This document shows, in pieces, positions 52,451 to 64,000 of a stretch of 64,000 nt of DNA. The stretch lies in assembly GCF_006345805.1 (NCBI RefSeq), contig NC_043017.1:14880001-14944000 (forward strand). The letters run 5' to 3'. A program made the position numbers and the translations under genes. Positions within the stretch are counted from its first letter, which is position 1, and the number at the start of each line of letters is the position of its first letter. A model generated the notes under the pieces. The model did no database searches, was not told the DNA's origin, and was given only the letters and a program-made list of their open reading frames with translations. The stretch is from Octopus sinensis (lineage: Eukaryota).

Positions 52451-53574
52451 AATAATGCCTTTACGGCAGACGAAAAAGTCAGTGTTGTCGTGGCGGTGCT
52501 CAGAAGCCGAAAGGCTAGTTGACCGGCGGTCACGTGAGAAGAGAAGAGAGAGAAGAAAGGGGCAAAGGAATCAAAGAGAGAGAGAAAAAGAGGGACAAAG
52601 GCACCAAAGAGGGGGAGAAGAGAGAGAAAGAAGGAATTAAGGAGGAGAGAAAAAAGAGAGCGTGCCAAAGATTGGCGGGATAAAAAGGCAGGGTCAGTGA
52701 GGTGCAAAGTGAGAAAGACAGAGAAATGTGAGAGAGTGGGGGAATGAGAGATAAATAGATGTTTACATACAAGTTTGAAGATACGTCACTGACTCCCTCG
52801 CAGTTTCCATGAAATAAATGTCATTCGCAAATCGATGTTTGTCACTCTGACATTATGAAAAAATTCTTCTGAGAAGTTCTTTACTCTTGGACCGAAACTG
52901 AAACCGCGTTATTTCAAAACGACATCCTTAACCACCACATTATGGCAAGCAGGTCAAGCGTGAACACAGATTACTCTGTTATTCTGTTTGCTAAATGTTC
53001 CAGTGACTGAATCTATGTTGTCATTGGTTAAACACTGGAGGCAAACAAAAGCAATATTTGAAACGGAAGCCATCAGATACTAGCCATGGTATTTTATTCA
53101 ATACTCTGGGGATGGAGGAGGTAGGGGTGGGGGTTGTTAAGAGTACCCCCATTCTAATTCTCCCTTTATTTTAAACATATTGTCGGCAGGATGAGGTTTA
53201 TATATATTTAAACACGATTTTTCTATTCAGTTCGTATCACCTCCATCAAACTCATTTCTCACCTTCACCCCCTCCCCCGACGCCATTAACCTGGTGGCTC
53301 CAATTCAATTCAGTCAACCGATACAAACAAAACAGTCATCGATTTGTTATGATTGGAAAATTATGGAAACTAAATGGGGAACCAAATTGAAAGCTCTCAA
53401 AACATCGATAGTAAATGAAAACAACAACCTTGTAGGCGGTGGTGATGGTCGTGGTGGAGCGGTGCTCACAATGGGGATAGTGTTGGTGGTGGGAGGAGAA
53501 AGGTGTTGGTCAAATGTTCAATTTGGTCTCCATTAAGGTCTTTCTTAATAATTTCAAATTGAAACTTACGAGAA

Positions 53575-53970
53575 TGGGTTCTCTCTCTCTCTATTTACCT
53601 TCCACCTCTCTCTCTCTCTCTCTCGCCCTCTCTCTCACGTATTTCTCCTTCCTTTTCTCGAATCCTCCCTGCTTCTCCCCCTCTCTCTCTCTTTCTAGTA
53701 GCGTTGCACTCTCACAGACTCTCTGTGTACGCGTCTCTCACTCTCGCTGTGTGTCTCTCTCTCTTTCTCTCTCTCTCCCTCTCTCTTTCTCTGCCTCGCT
53801 GTCTTTCCGCCACTGTCTCTCTATTGCTGTCCTCTCTATCGCTCTTCTCCCTTTCGCCGACTAACTCTTACTCTCTATCGCTGTCACTTTCCCTCTCTCT
53901 GTATTGCTCTCTCTCTCTCTTTTTGTCGCTGTCTCTCTTTCTCTGTAGTGGTCACTCTCTGTCGCTGTCA

Positions 53971-54019
<49 letters not shown>

Positions 54020-54225
54020 ACTCTCTTTCTTTGTCACTCTGTAACTCTCTCGCACTCTCTCTCTCTCTCTCGGTCAGTGTCTCTTTCTGTCGCTACCTCC
54101 CTCTCTCTCTTTCTCACTCTATCTCCCGCTCTGTCACACACACTCTCTCTCTGTCGCTGTGTGTCTCTCCCTCTCTCTCACTCTTACTCTTTCTATCACT
54201 CTCCCTGTCTGTCTGTTACTTTCGT
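53575..54225. repeat. (CT)n tract with recurring TGTCGCTGTC modules
   Basis: Directly visible. Confidence 0.9.
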
Positions 54226-54699
54226 TCCGACACACTTTTACTGCGACTGAGCGAGAGGTATTTGATACTAAATTAAGTGCTGTTTTGAAATAATGTTTAA
54301 GCCATTAAAGATAAAGTGATAATTTCATTGAACCACCAGCGATATGGGAAATGACGAGAGAAGGTTAACAAAAAGATACAAGATGCTGCGATTGGTTGGA
54401 ATGTAACCAATCATATTCCGGTAGATATGTGAAGCATTTTGTTGTTGATTCACATGTCAGATCTAGAGTAGAAGTCAAATTGATCAACACATACCAGCCT
54501 CTTTTGTATGTATCTACAATTTGCTGTGCGTTTTTACTTATTCAAGATTTTAGGCTTCGGTCCGTGGGAAGCTTTTGTAAGCAAGTTGATTGTCCAATCG
54601 CCGTTCGAACCACGATATATTTCAAAAGGTTATCGTATGGTTTTGCGCTGTGTGTTTGTTGTCATCCTTGTCTTTAACCCTAAGGCAGCAGCTTGGAAA

Positions 54700-54830
54700 A
54701 ATCGTTGGCGCATCGAACAAAATGCTAGTCGGTATTTCTTCTGTTTTTTTTTTACATTCTGGAATCAAATTCCGCCGAGATCGAATTTGCCTTTTATGCT
54801 TTGAGGTCGATAAATTAAGTAGAAGCTGAA
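54700..54830 (+). mobile_element. SINE family A fragment
   Basis: TCAAATTCCGCCGAGATCGAATTTGCCTTT...GGTCGATAAATTAAGT. Confidence 0.7.
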
Positions 54831-55244
54831 CAATGACGCTGAAGTAATCATTTTCCGTCTCACTCCAAATTGGTGACTTGGTACAAAATATGAAATTATT
54901 GTTTCTAGCACTGACAGAGTAGATACATGATCGAAGATGTTCCATTCAAGACCATGCCATATTTTAATTAGGCAATTATCAGATGTCTTTTATTTCTAGA
55001 CAGCAGGGTGTAACTTGAAGGAAATTTGCTGTTACATCTAGCAGGTCGATTGACCCGATAGAATCTTGTTTATCGGTTCACGAAAGATTTTACATATTAC
55101 TGTACCTGTAAGGACAGTAATTTGAAAGGCATTTAAGAATCTCAGGTACCATTACAAGTACCATTAGAGTACCATTAGTAAACTGAAGTACAGTTAGTAG
55201 GAACTGCAGATTTAGTAAAAGGACAAGAGCTAATAGGCATTATG

Positions 55245-55700
55245 TTTAAGGGAGATAAGACTTGTTAGTCCACTTAATGGTCCCGGCGGACAAAACAGAA
55301 AAGCATTGCCCCAGAGGATGGCGAGAAGACGCGCTGGAACAGTCACTCCGACTCACGGGGTCTGCACTTACGGATAGCCATCGCTGCCCCGATTGCAGTG
55401 AGTAGGGATATATCCCCTCTACCACAGGCTCGATCACAAATCGATCAGACAGCGGCCGATGCTTTGTTAATTTGAGGAACAGCGAAGTTTGGACTGTTAG
55501 CCAAACACACCAGGTTGCCGCTGAAGAAAGTATCGCAGCATGAAGCATTGTAGATGAGGGTCCTACCACCGCAGAACAGGAAAAATGCCATGTCATTGGC
55601 CTTTTGCCGTCTTCTCTGCCCAGCTCCACTTGCTCGAGCTGGGAAGAGGATCCTGCTGCGATCTTCAGATCGGATTACTTCCAGTATAACTCACTGATCC
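55245..55700 (-). mobile_element. Possible L1/Tx1-type LINE ORF2 remnant (post-RT region)
   Basis: GC-rich island. The - strand reads FFLFCGGRTLIYNASCC...GNLVCL, resembling the FLWGG..LV...CC..GGLG motif. Weak, by-eye match. Confidence 0.4.
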
Positions 55701-58700
55701 AACTATTTGTCATATCATTGATCCCTTTTGGAAGAAGTCACTCTTCACACAATTCCAACATTACCCAGTTCAAACATGTCCCCTAATTACACTCAATAGG
55801 TTGGTTTATTTCCAATACAAATCAGATTAATGATAAAAGAAAGTAACAAGAATTAACATTTACGTGATTCCCCGGATGTCCAAACTTATTCATGTCCTCA
55901 AGTTTCATTGGTTCATCTTGTCATATTGGCTATTTGATAAACTCTGGCTAATTTCGTTGCTGCAATTGATAGAATTAGAATCCAATGTACGTGACAAAGG
56001 ATTGGAATTGGTTTGGAATGTGGGCGACGCCTCTGAAGAGATTTTAATCCCGATTTCATCTCATAAACTTACGCATGTGTGTCGTATGTACTTATGCAAG
56101 CATCTGTCTGTTCACTTGTAAGTATGCGTCTATTGACGTATGTATGACTGGCCTTCTGTGTGTCTGTACTTTCGCATTTACGGATGTCTGTCTATATTTA
56201 TACTTGCATGCGTTTTGAGGTATTATAGTTTTTTCCTTTGCAGAATCGATTGTAGTTTTTTGCTTTGCAATAAACTGGTAAGGAGCTTTTGTTTAAGCCA
56301 AGATTTTCTTGGGGTTTGAAATGGTTGAAGTTGGTGTATGTACGCATGCGCTCACACTTACTCACATGTAGGTGGGCATGTCATCTTAATAAACAAGTGT
56401 GTGGTAGGTGTGTGTGTGTGTGTGTGTGTGTGTAGGCCTCGAGATGTATTTGAGAATATAGTTGTTAATTTGATAAAACAACTCTAATCTATCAAAGACC
56501 AAAAGTATCGTAATAAAAATATTCACGTATTTCTTATGTTCTCGATAAGCTTTCTTCTACGATTATTTTCATGAATCCGTCTTCATCTTCGGTCACTTTG
56601 AATGAGGAACCGACGTCATCGAATGCTATCACTAAACGGTCTTTATTCATCATTGGACATCATCTGACAGTCCAGTGTAATAATTGAAGTTCTTTGACGC
56701 TGGCCTTCATTTTTTTCCCCCAGAATCATCCTCCCATTGGATGAATTGCGGTTTCTTTATAATGTTTGCTTCTTTTTTATACAGCTGAAATATTCCTGTC
56801 GGAGGCTTCAAATTCCATCAGAATTTTGTGTATAAAAATCCATGCAACATTGACAATTTCTGACTCACTGTGTTTCCATACAAATGACATCAGTATCTGC
56901 ATGGTTTTCCATTTTTTATATTAACATTCTATCTACCAAAGAAGACCGGAAGGAAATGAGGCTTTTTTAATTGGTTTTTATTTTCATTCTACTCAAATAC
57001 CCCTCGCACATTGTTTGTATATACGAAAACTTAATAAAACTCTATGTATAAAGATTGAGGTTTAAAATGTTATATATATATATATATACATACACATACT
57101 GTGTGCATATATATGTATTTGTACATGGCAGAAGCAATTGTATGTACACACACACACATTCTCCAGCAGCTTCTTGTATTTTCTCCGGAAACAAACGCTC
57201 TCAGATCAACCTGTACTAAGAATGTCACAGAAAGCCGAAATCCAAGAATCCTTATTAATTACGGAACTAATTCCGATTAATTCCAGCTACAATCCATGAA
57301 AAGCTGTAATATTTGATTTAAGAAAAATACCTCAAATTCGTTCATCGATCTTAATGTTTTGTTTTCCTTCTTTCATCGCAATTCTTCCGCTCTTCACCGA
57401 TAGATTCTTTATTTTCATCTCCTTATTCTTTCCTAAACAACAAGCTATAAAAGCAGGCAAAGTAATGATCTCTCAATCCTGTCGTATTTCCTCTCCTCAT
57501 CTCATTACTTATTGCCGCTGTATTTTTAATCTGATCACCTCTTGTCAACAAACACACAGTAATCAACGCTTCTCACGTTTTCACTTGTTTTCCTTTCTGT
57601 GTTTTTCTTGAAATTTATTCCCAGATTTATTTCGCCGTTTGCCATCCTTTTTCCCTACTTTACCTACCAGGTTAGCTAGCTTGCTAATTAATTAACTCCA
57701 TTTACACCGATAACTCCCCCGCCCCTACTTTCAACAACACGCTGAAATTAGCTGAGTGCTTGACAAACACGTTCGTGTATTCACACACACACATACACAC
57801 ACACATACACACGCACACACGCACACACGCACACACACACACATACACATACACAAGTGTAATCATAAGTGTATGATTACACACACGTATACAGAAATGT
57901 GTTCTACTACATATCAACACATAGACACACATATACATAATCACACACATATACATATATACGCACGCACACGCACACACACCCACGCACCCCACCCCAT
58001 AACATTGCTACAATGAAATAACTCTCCAAACATCTCTATGGAAGCTGCGAGAGAAAGCGTAGGGTTGGGGAAGGGTTGGGGAGGGAAAATGGTGGACGGT
58101 AGGAGAGACTGTGGTAATGTAATTTCATTGATTAAAATAATAGTAGAGGAGGAGGATGAGGATGAGAGAGGCAGATGAGAGAAAGGAAGGAACGCAATGA
58201 AAGAAAAAAGGGGTGAATTAATGAAAAGAAAGAGAGAAAATGAAAGGAAGGGAGGGAGGGAGGTAATGGAAGAACGTATGCTTCACATAGAAGGAATGGT
58301 TAAAATGGGACAAGTTGAGGGCGGCATTAATGAGGCGTGTCTTAAGATTTGTCGCTGATTAATTAATCGTTTCATTGAGGACATATAATTTTCAGGTAAA
58401 GAAACCCCAGGTTTTCGCGACTCATTGAGAAAGAATGAAACAGCAGAAGATATTAGCAGTATCCATGATTGGCGGTGGGGAGGGGAGGGGGGGAATCTCT
58501 GCGGTCGCATGAATGGTTAAAATAACTACCAAACGTCCCTCAAATAGCACACTGAGACACATTACTTGATACTGTTTTCTTGATCGTAAGATAAAACGGA
58601 ATGGTCTCAACCGGAGTTCTTTTGTTCATAGGCCTGTTTGATTGTGGCTGATCATGGGCCAAAGAACAACGATGAGCTTCATGTGTTTAATCTTCCCACC

Positions 58701-58780
58701 CCCACTGGATTTCCGTTTGGGAAATTAATTTGTAAGTGACCGATAATTCCACACATCCTATCAACAGAACACATTCTTAT

Positions 58781-58989
58781 TTCTTTATTGCCCACAAGGG
58801 GATAAACATAGAGGAGACAAACAAGGACAGACAAACGGATTAAGTCGATTACATCGACCCCAGTGCGTAACTGGTATTTAGTTTATCGACCCCGAAAGTA
58901 TGAAAGGCAAAGTCGACCTCGGCGGAATTTGAACTTAGAACGTAACAGCAGACGAATTACCGCTAAGCATTTCGCCCGGCGTGCTAACG
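58781..58989 (-). mobile_element. SINE family A
   Basis: CCCCAGTGCGTAACTGG...GGCAAAGTCGACCTCGGCGGAATTTGAAC...GCATTTCGCCCGGCGTGCTAACGTTTCTGCC. Confidence 0.92.
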
Positions 58990-59499
58990 TTTCTGCCATC
59001 TCGCCGCCTTTAGGCGAGCACACATTCTGTGATAATTCCTTGCAGAATCCAGATCATGAAACGGAGAACCGATTCAGTATTGTTTCGGCATTTTATTGAT
59101 TGATTCGAAATCGGTGGTTCAATGAAACACTACAGCAGTGTTCGTTGCCGTCCTTGACCAATACCGGTGTGACCAATACCTATTGTCCAGAGATGAGAGC
59201 ACAGTGTTCTTTACCTGTCTGTTTCTCACCGTCAACATCCTATTCTCGTCAACTTCTTCCATAGGAGTCAGGTTTTTCTTCCACTTCAACCAATTAAATA
59301 TGTCGACAGTTCACAAGAAAGCTTCAATAATAAAGGTTTTCTATGTTGGCAGTTGATTTTTCAGTCGCCGCCGCCTTGAAGCTTCTTTTGAATCTTGTTC
59401 CTCTTGACTGCACACTTTAAGAATTCTTTAAATGTTTCCAACCCGTCACCGTTTCTGATCTAACACCTCCACCTCATCGATATTTAATCTTCTCCGTAG

Positions 59500-60140
59500 A
59501 AGATTCCAGTTATTCGTAACATGGTCTGGCATGTGTATGCTAATGATAACTCGCAGAATTGGTTGATGGAAGTGTTCCAGCCATTTTCATGTTCTGTTAA
59601 AGAGTTCAATTGCCACAGCGGTATTAGCTGATCGTTTTAACAAACGAATTGTAAAGTCTTACCTTAGTTCTCGTCTCCATTCTGTCGCAATAGAAATCTC
59701 TGGTGGGTGTGTAAGACAACAGCGTATGTCTCTTCGCGGCACCTAAAATAATTAGCGAGAGAACGCTGCTTGCTACTATACATTATTGGTTTGAGAGATG
59801 ACTTTATTTACCACACACATACGCACATAAATTTGCTTGAGTCTGTGTGTCCATTGACTTAATGCACATAAGACTAAATGCGATGAGATGCCAATATGAG
59901 GAATTCGTCCTTGTAGATCTATTGCCCATGGCACACGTTATTCCCAGAAGACAAACTTAACTCTCAATGCATTTATCCTCTTCTTAACGAATGGATACAA
60001 TGGATAGGTGCAGTTGACCTTTGGACTCGGTGGCTGTGTTTCTGACTGACCATTCTGTTGTAAATGAATTGATTGTTTCCCGGTTAATAATCTCTCATCG
60101 ACAGAAAACGAGTTGTCGTCCGGATTCTTATACATTACCA
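59500..60140 (-). mobile_element. Possible highly degraded piggyBac-like transposase remnant
   Basis: The - strand fragments SFSVDERLL, KK..K...VKFVFW and AIELF..NMKMAGTL occur in the same order as the piggyBac VDE / KP.K.GIK.W / LA.EL..VGTL motifs. Weak. Confidence 0.3.
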
Positions 60141-60384
60141 ATTCTTTAATAATTTACCAATATACATTGGTAGGTTTTAATTACATAATTTTTCAGTCAC
60201 ATTCATATTTATTTGGAATTCTCTGTCTAATGAGACTAAAGAAGAGTTTCGGGTAGAAGGGAGGGATGCATACTTATTGTTATCTATTTAAGCTCTGCCT
60301 TCTTTTAAAAAAATCTACTCATTTTAAATTCAATGATATCATCGACCAGGTGATCTCTCCTCGCTCAGAGTGCGGCTTACCAAA

Positions 60385-60560
60385 ACTCTCCAAGTCTCAC
60401 CGTATTATGCCACATTCATACAATCAGCCAGACTCTTCGTTTCCAGTGCATTCTTTGATGTCATCAGCCCACAGATGTCTTTGACATCTTTCTTTCTTCT
60501 CCTCACTTCCTCTCAGGATGGTCCGGGGCAGCGATTCGTGACGCATTCTAAATCCAAAAT
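60385..60560 (-). mobile_element. RTE-clade LINE 3' coding remnant
   Basis: The - strand reads ESLPRTILRG ... WADDIKECTG, like the RTE C-terminal G.R.RGRP..RW.D.IKE motif. Confidence 0.55.
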
Positions 60561-60708
60561 TGGATAGAGTTTTTCTGAAGTTGATTCTCGACTATTGGTG
60601 TCTTTGAAATTCATTGGACTGCAACAATTTTTACCTATCAGGAAACCTTTATCTTTCACTTAACTATCGAGAGCAAAATTGTATTTGTTGTCAGTATTGT
60701 TAACATGC

Positions 60709-60825
60709 TTGTTTAATCGGGTAGACACCGATTTGTTTAATCGGGTAGACACCGATTTGTTTAATCGGGTAGACACCGATTTGTTTAATCGGGTAGACAC
60801 CGATTTGTTTAATCGGGTAGACACC
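60709..60825. repeat. 24-bp perfect tandem minisatellite, about 4.9 copies (TTGTTTAATCGGGTAGACACCGAT)
   Basis: Directly visible. The ORF at 60660-60854 repeats VSTRLNKS. Confidence 0.97.
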
Positions 60826-61144
60826 AATTTACATAATTGCGGCATCCTTGGCATTTAGTTTCATTAAATTACGAAGCTACAATCTAGTTGGAGCGGTTTT
60901 TTTTATTTCTTGTGATCAACTTGAAATTGTATAAGCAAATTCAGCTGTTTGCAAATGTTCATTATGTTAAATTAAGTAGATTAGATTTATTCTGTAGGAA
61001 ATCAGTTTCTTAAGCGAAATGATCGGTCGTCAAACCTACATTATGAGATAACCACTTGCTTGAATATATCCATGATAAGGATGCATGTATATGCTTATGT
61101 ATGTGTATCCGTGTGTGTATATGTGTGTGTGTGTGTGTGTATTA

Positions 61145-61308
61145 CAGTCGTGGCCAAAATTTGGAACATTTTTCAAACTTAAAATTCTCCATAATACTGT
61201 AAGTAGTAATAATATATTGCAAATTAATTACGGAGTGGGAGCGCTAAGCATTGCAAATAAAAATATTCTGATTTTCAGACCTCTGTTCAAAACTTTTCGT
61301 CACGACTG
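61145..61308. mobile_element. Tc1-like MITE (164 bp)
   Basis: TA|CAGTCGTGGCCAAAATTTGGAACA ... TGTTCAAAACTTTTCGTCACGACTG are imperfect 24-25-bp TIRs starting CAGT. The right TA is mutated to TT. Confidence 0.75.
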
Positions 61309-61425
61309 TTTTATAGCATGTAACGTTTGTTTATAAGGCGCCGTAAAAAAATGTACTCAACGCAACAAGCGAATGCAAAAGTTTATTGAAGCTGTTTAAC
61401 TCTGATTTTTCTGGTGTGCAGCCTA

Positions 61426-61459
<34 letters not shown>

Positions 61460-62589
61460 CCCCCTCTCTCCCTTTCTCTCCCTCCCTCTCTCCCTCCCTC
61501 CCTCTCTCTCCCCTCTCTCTCTCTAAGCTGTGTACATTGTGCCATGTTGAGCTGCAGCTCTAAATAGAAGACGATAAGATTGAGAAAGTAATGAATTGCA
61601 TATTGAACAGAGAAGCGTTAAATTCTATGAGGATTGCGGTGTTGGTCGCAGAGAAAGACAAAACAATTCTACTGAGATTCTGTGAGAAGCTGGAATATAA
61701 AGAGATTATTATAAGATGTCACTTTTACGTCATAAGAAAATAAAAAGGGCGATTTGCTTGTAAAGTATAAAAATTTCAAGATATTTGTCAGGAAATAAAT
61801 GGAAGAGTAGGGGTTACACTCAAGGGAATACTCGGACAACGAATAAATACATCAATTTTGTGAAAACTGCTAATTTTGTTTATACAATAACAATCAATGC
61901 ATCTTCTCGTTAACTTGTTCAATATCCTTAATCTTAAACAGTAGATTTCTTTTGTCAAGACTTTCATTTATCAATTTAATGTTGCAGAAATTTGTTGCAC
62001 AAACCGAGGCTCCTTTCAATGGAAATGATTTGAAAAATTCATCCAAAATATTTCAACACAAATCTATATCACTTTCATTCAATTGAAGTTTCTCTGCAAT
62101 TCCCGAGGGAGGAATGCCGCCATTTTTGTCTATTCTCTGACAAATATCTCTGCAGAATGAACCATGGAATCGAGAAAGATATCGGAAGCTAAACTTGCTC
62201 TACAGTGGTTGATTTATAAACAAAGTTAAATCGACAATTAGATAAATGTGGTATAGTGTAATATGTTTTAAAATGTTTCTGTCAGATTGACCAGAAATGT
62301 CTGACAAGATGATTATTAATAACATGCTGATAAGACAATAAACTACGTTGTAATATCATCGTGACGATATAATACTGTTAGGAAACAACCGTGTTCTAGT
62401 AACATCCACAAAGTGAGAAAAGAGAGGTAGGGTTCGGGTTAGCAGGATACAAAACAAGGTGTGTTCATCTCTTTTTATCTGACATCAACAGAAAGTTTAA
62501 AATATGGGAGAAAAGTTATGGAAGGAGTTCAGTAGATTATATCGATCTCAGAACTTGCTTGTTTAATACTGTAATATAGCCAAGCTGTA

Positions 62590-62810
62590 TTCTTTTACCA
62601 CAACTTTCTCTCACACTTTCTTCCTGTTTCTGTTGTACATGTATTTCAAACGCGCCAGCTTTGTCATATTGCGTGACGCCGAATCTCCCCGAGAACTACG
62701 TTAAGGAAACAAGTGTCTGCAGAGTACTCAGCCACTTGCACGTTAATTTCACGAGCAGGCTGTTCCGTTCATCGGTTCAACTGGAATCCTTGTCGCCGTA
62801 ACATGTATAA
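62590..62810 (+). mobile_element. SINE family C, 3' part
   Basis: Reverse complement of the 23480-23630 region (GTGGCTGAGTACTC..AGACAC; GGCGAC...TTC.AGT.GA.CC). Confidence 0.7.
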
Positions 62811-62863
62811 TGTCCATGTATGTACAATACATACGCTTATGTATGTATATACTATCTATATGA

Positions 62864-62864
<1 letters not shown>

Positions 62865-62950
<86 letters not shown>
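62865..62950. repeat. (TCTA)n microsatellite
   Basis: Directly visible. Confidence 0.95.
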
Positions 62951-63421
62951 CCGATCTAATAAATTAATATCCAAGAGATGTGAGAGGTGAAAACATTTTC
63001 TCCTTATGTTTACAGCTGTTTCATAATCCATCATCGTTACCGATTTTAAGTTGCATACCAACTGCGTACACCTTACGTACCTATATGCGCGCGTTCACAT
63101 ACACACAAACACATGCAATTGTATACTAACATAACTTTGTAAAGACCAGAACTATTCACCCGGTTTATCAGCATCTCGGTATGACTCTTAGGTTTGTTTT
63201 AGCGCAGTGTAACCCGTTGCAAGCTTGTTGGGTTTGTATTCGCAGCTGTGCATAATTACTTTTCTTTCCATTCTCTTGGAAGCATTATCAAAGTCATTGG
63301 GGCAGCATTTCCGATAAACATATTAAAAATATATAAATTTCAAACACATACATACACATTTTGTGTGTGCGTATATATATATATATGTATATATATGTAT
63401 GTATGTGTGTATGTGTGTATG

Positions 63422-63466
<45 letters not shown>

Positions 63467-64000
63467 GGGAAAGGAATAGGTTTTTCAATCTTAATAAATA
63501 GAATCATTAAACGAAATCAAGCAGGGTTTTCATTTTCGAAATATTTTCAAAATTTTAATGCAATTTAATCTTCAATATTTGGCTGAACTTGTTTCTTTTC
63601 CCTGAAGACATCTAAAGAGATTGTTGGTAATATTGTTCCTAAAATCGAAATTCAATATCTTAAAGTAATTTGCTGATATCGTTTATTTCAACAACATTAA
63701 CAAAACCCATAATCAACAGCAACACCACCAACAGCAATAAATAAAATACAAAACGCTACAAAAACCAGCAACAAAGATGGCAACATCAATCACGAAAAAA
63801 GCCAATGATTTATTTATTTTTTTAATATAATAATTTTTTTTTACTTGTTAAACTGTCATTGAGCTGCTGCTGCTGCTTAGCTCTAACCATTACAATTATT
63901 CCGTTTTGTCTGCCGTCACCTCTTCTCACTTGAATTGCTTTTCATTGTGTTTGTGTAACTCTGTTCGATGCCAATCTGTTCCAACCTTCTTTGAGTGCTG

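Noticed and set aside
59938-60141. Host coding exon (NPDDNSFSVDERLL...)
   Set aside because: The acceptor lacks a pyrimidine tract, and a decayed transposase is at least as plausible.
60430-60475. Hammerhead-like CTGATGA...GAAAC...GTC on the - strand
   Set aside because: Helices I and II do not pair, and the sequence is explained as RTE coding (WADDIKECTG).
60709-60825. CRISPR array (palindromic 24-bp repeats)
   Set aside because: The units are contiguous with no unique spacers, there are no cas genes, and the context is eukaryotic.

Overview
AT-rich, microsatellite-dense eukaryotic non-genic DNA (large intron or intergenic), most likely octopus. That assignment rests on my recognition of the SINE families, not on a search. 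I could not identify any host protein-coding gene. Most ORFs in the track are translations of simple repeats, and the protein-like ones are transposon remnants. Recognisable content: two CR1-type LINE 3' fragments; a nearly full-length but mutated R4/Dong-type non-LTR retrotransposon sitting in (TAA)n; a 1,291-bp mariner with both TIRs and TA target duplication; Penelope-like (GIY-YIG) remnants with degenerate hammerhead-like motifs; non-autonomous Helitrons, one complete and carrying a LINE ORF1-like fragment; a Tc1-like MITE; and many tRNA-derived SINEs. There is a 100-N gap at 4172-4271. The most unusual structures are three long inverted duplications in the first 8 kb, all abutting (TA)n tracts; a perfectly triplicated 702-bp unit; a head-to-tail 184-bp SINE dimer; a 108-bp hairpin; and a 24-bp hairpin-forming tandem array. 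I see no well-supported new biological system. The findings are structural observations and testable hypotheses.
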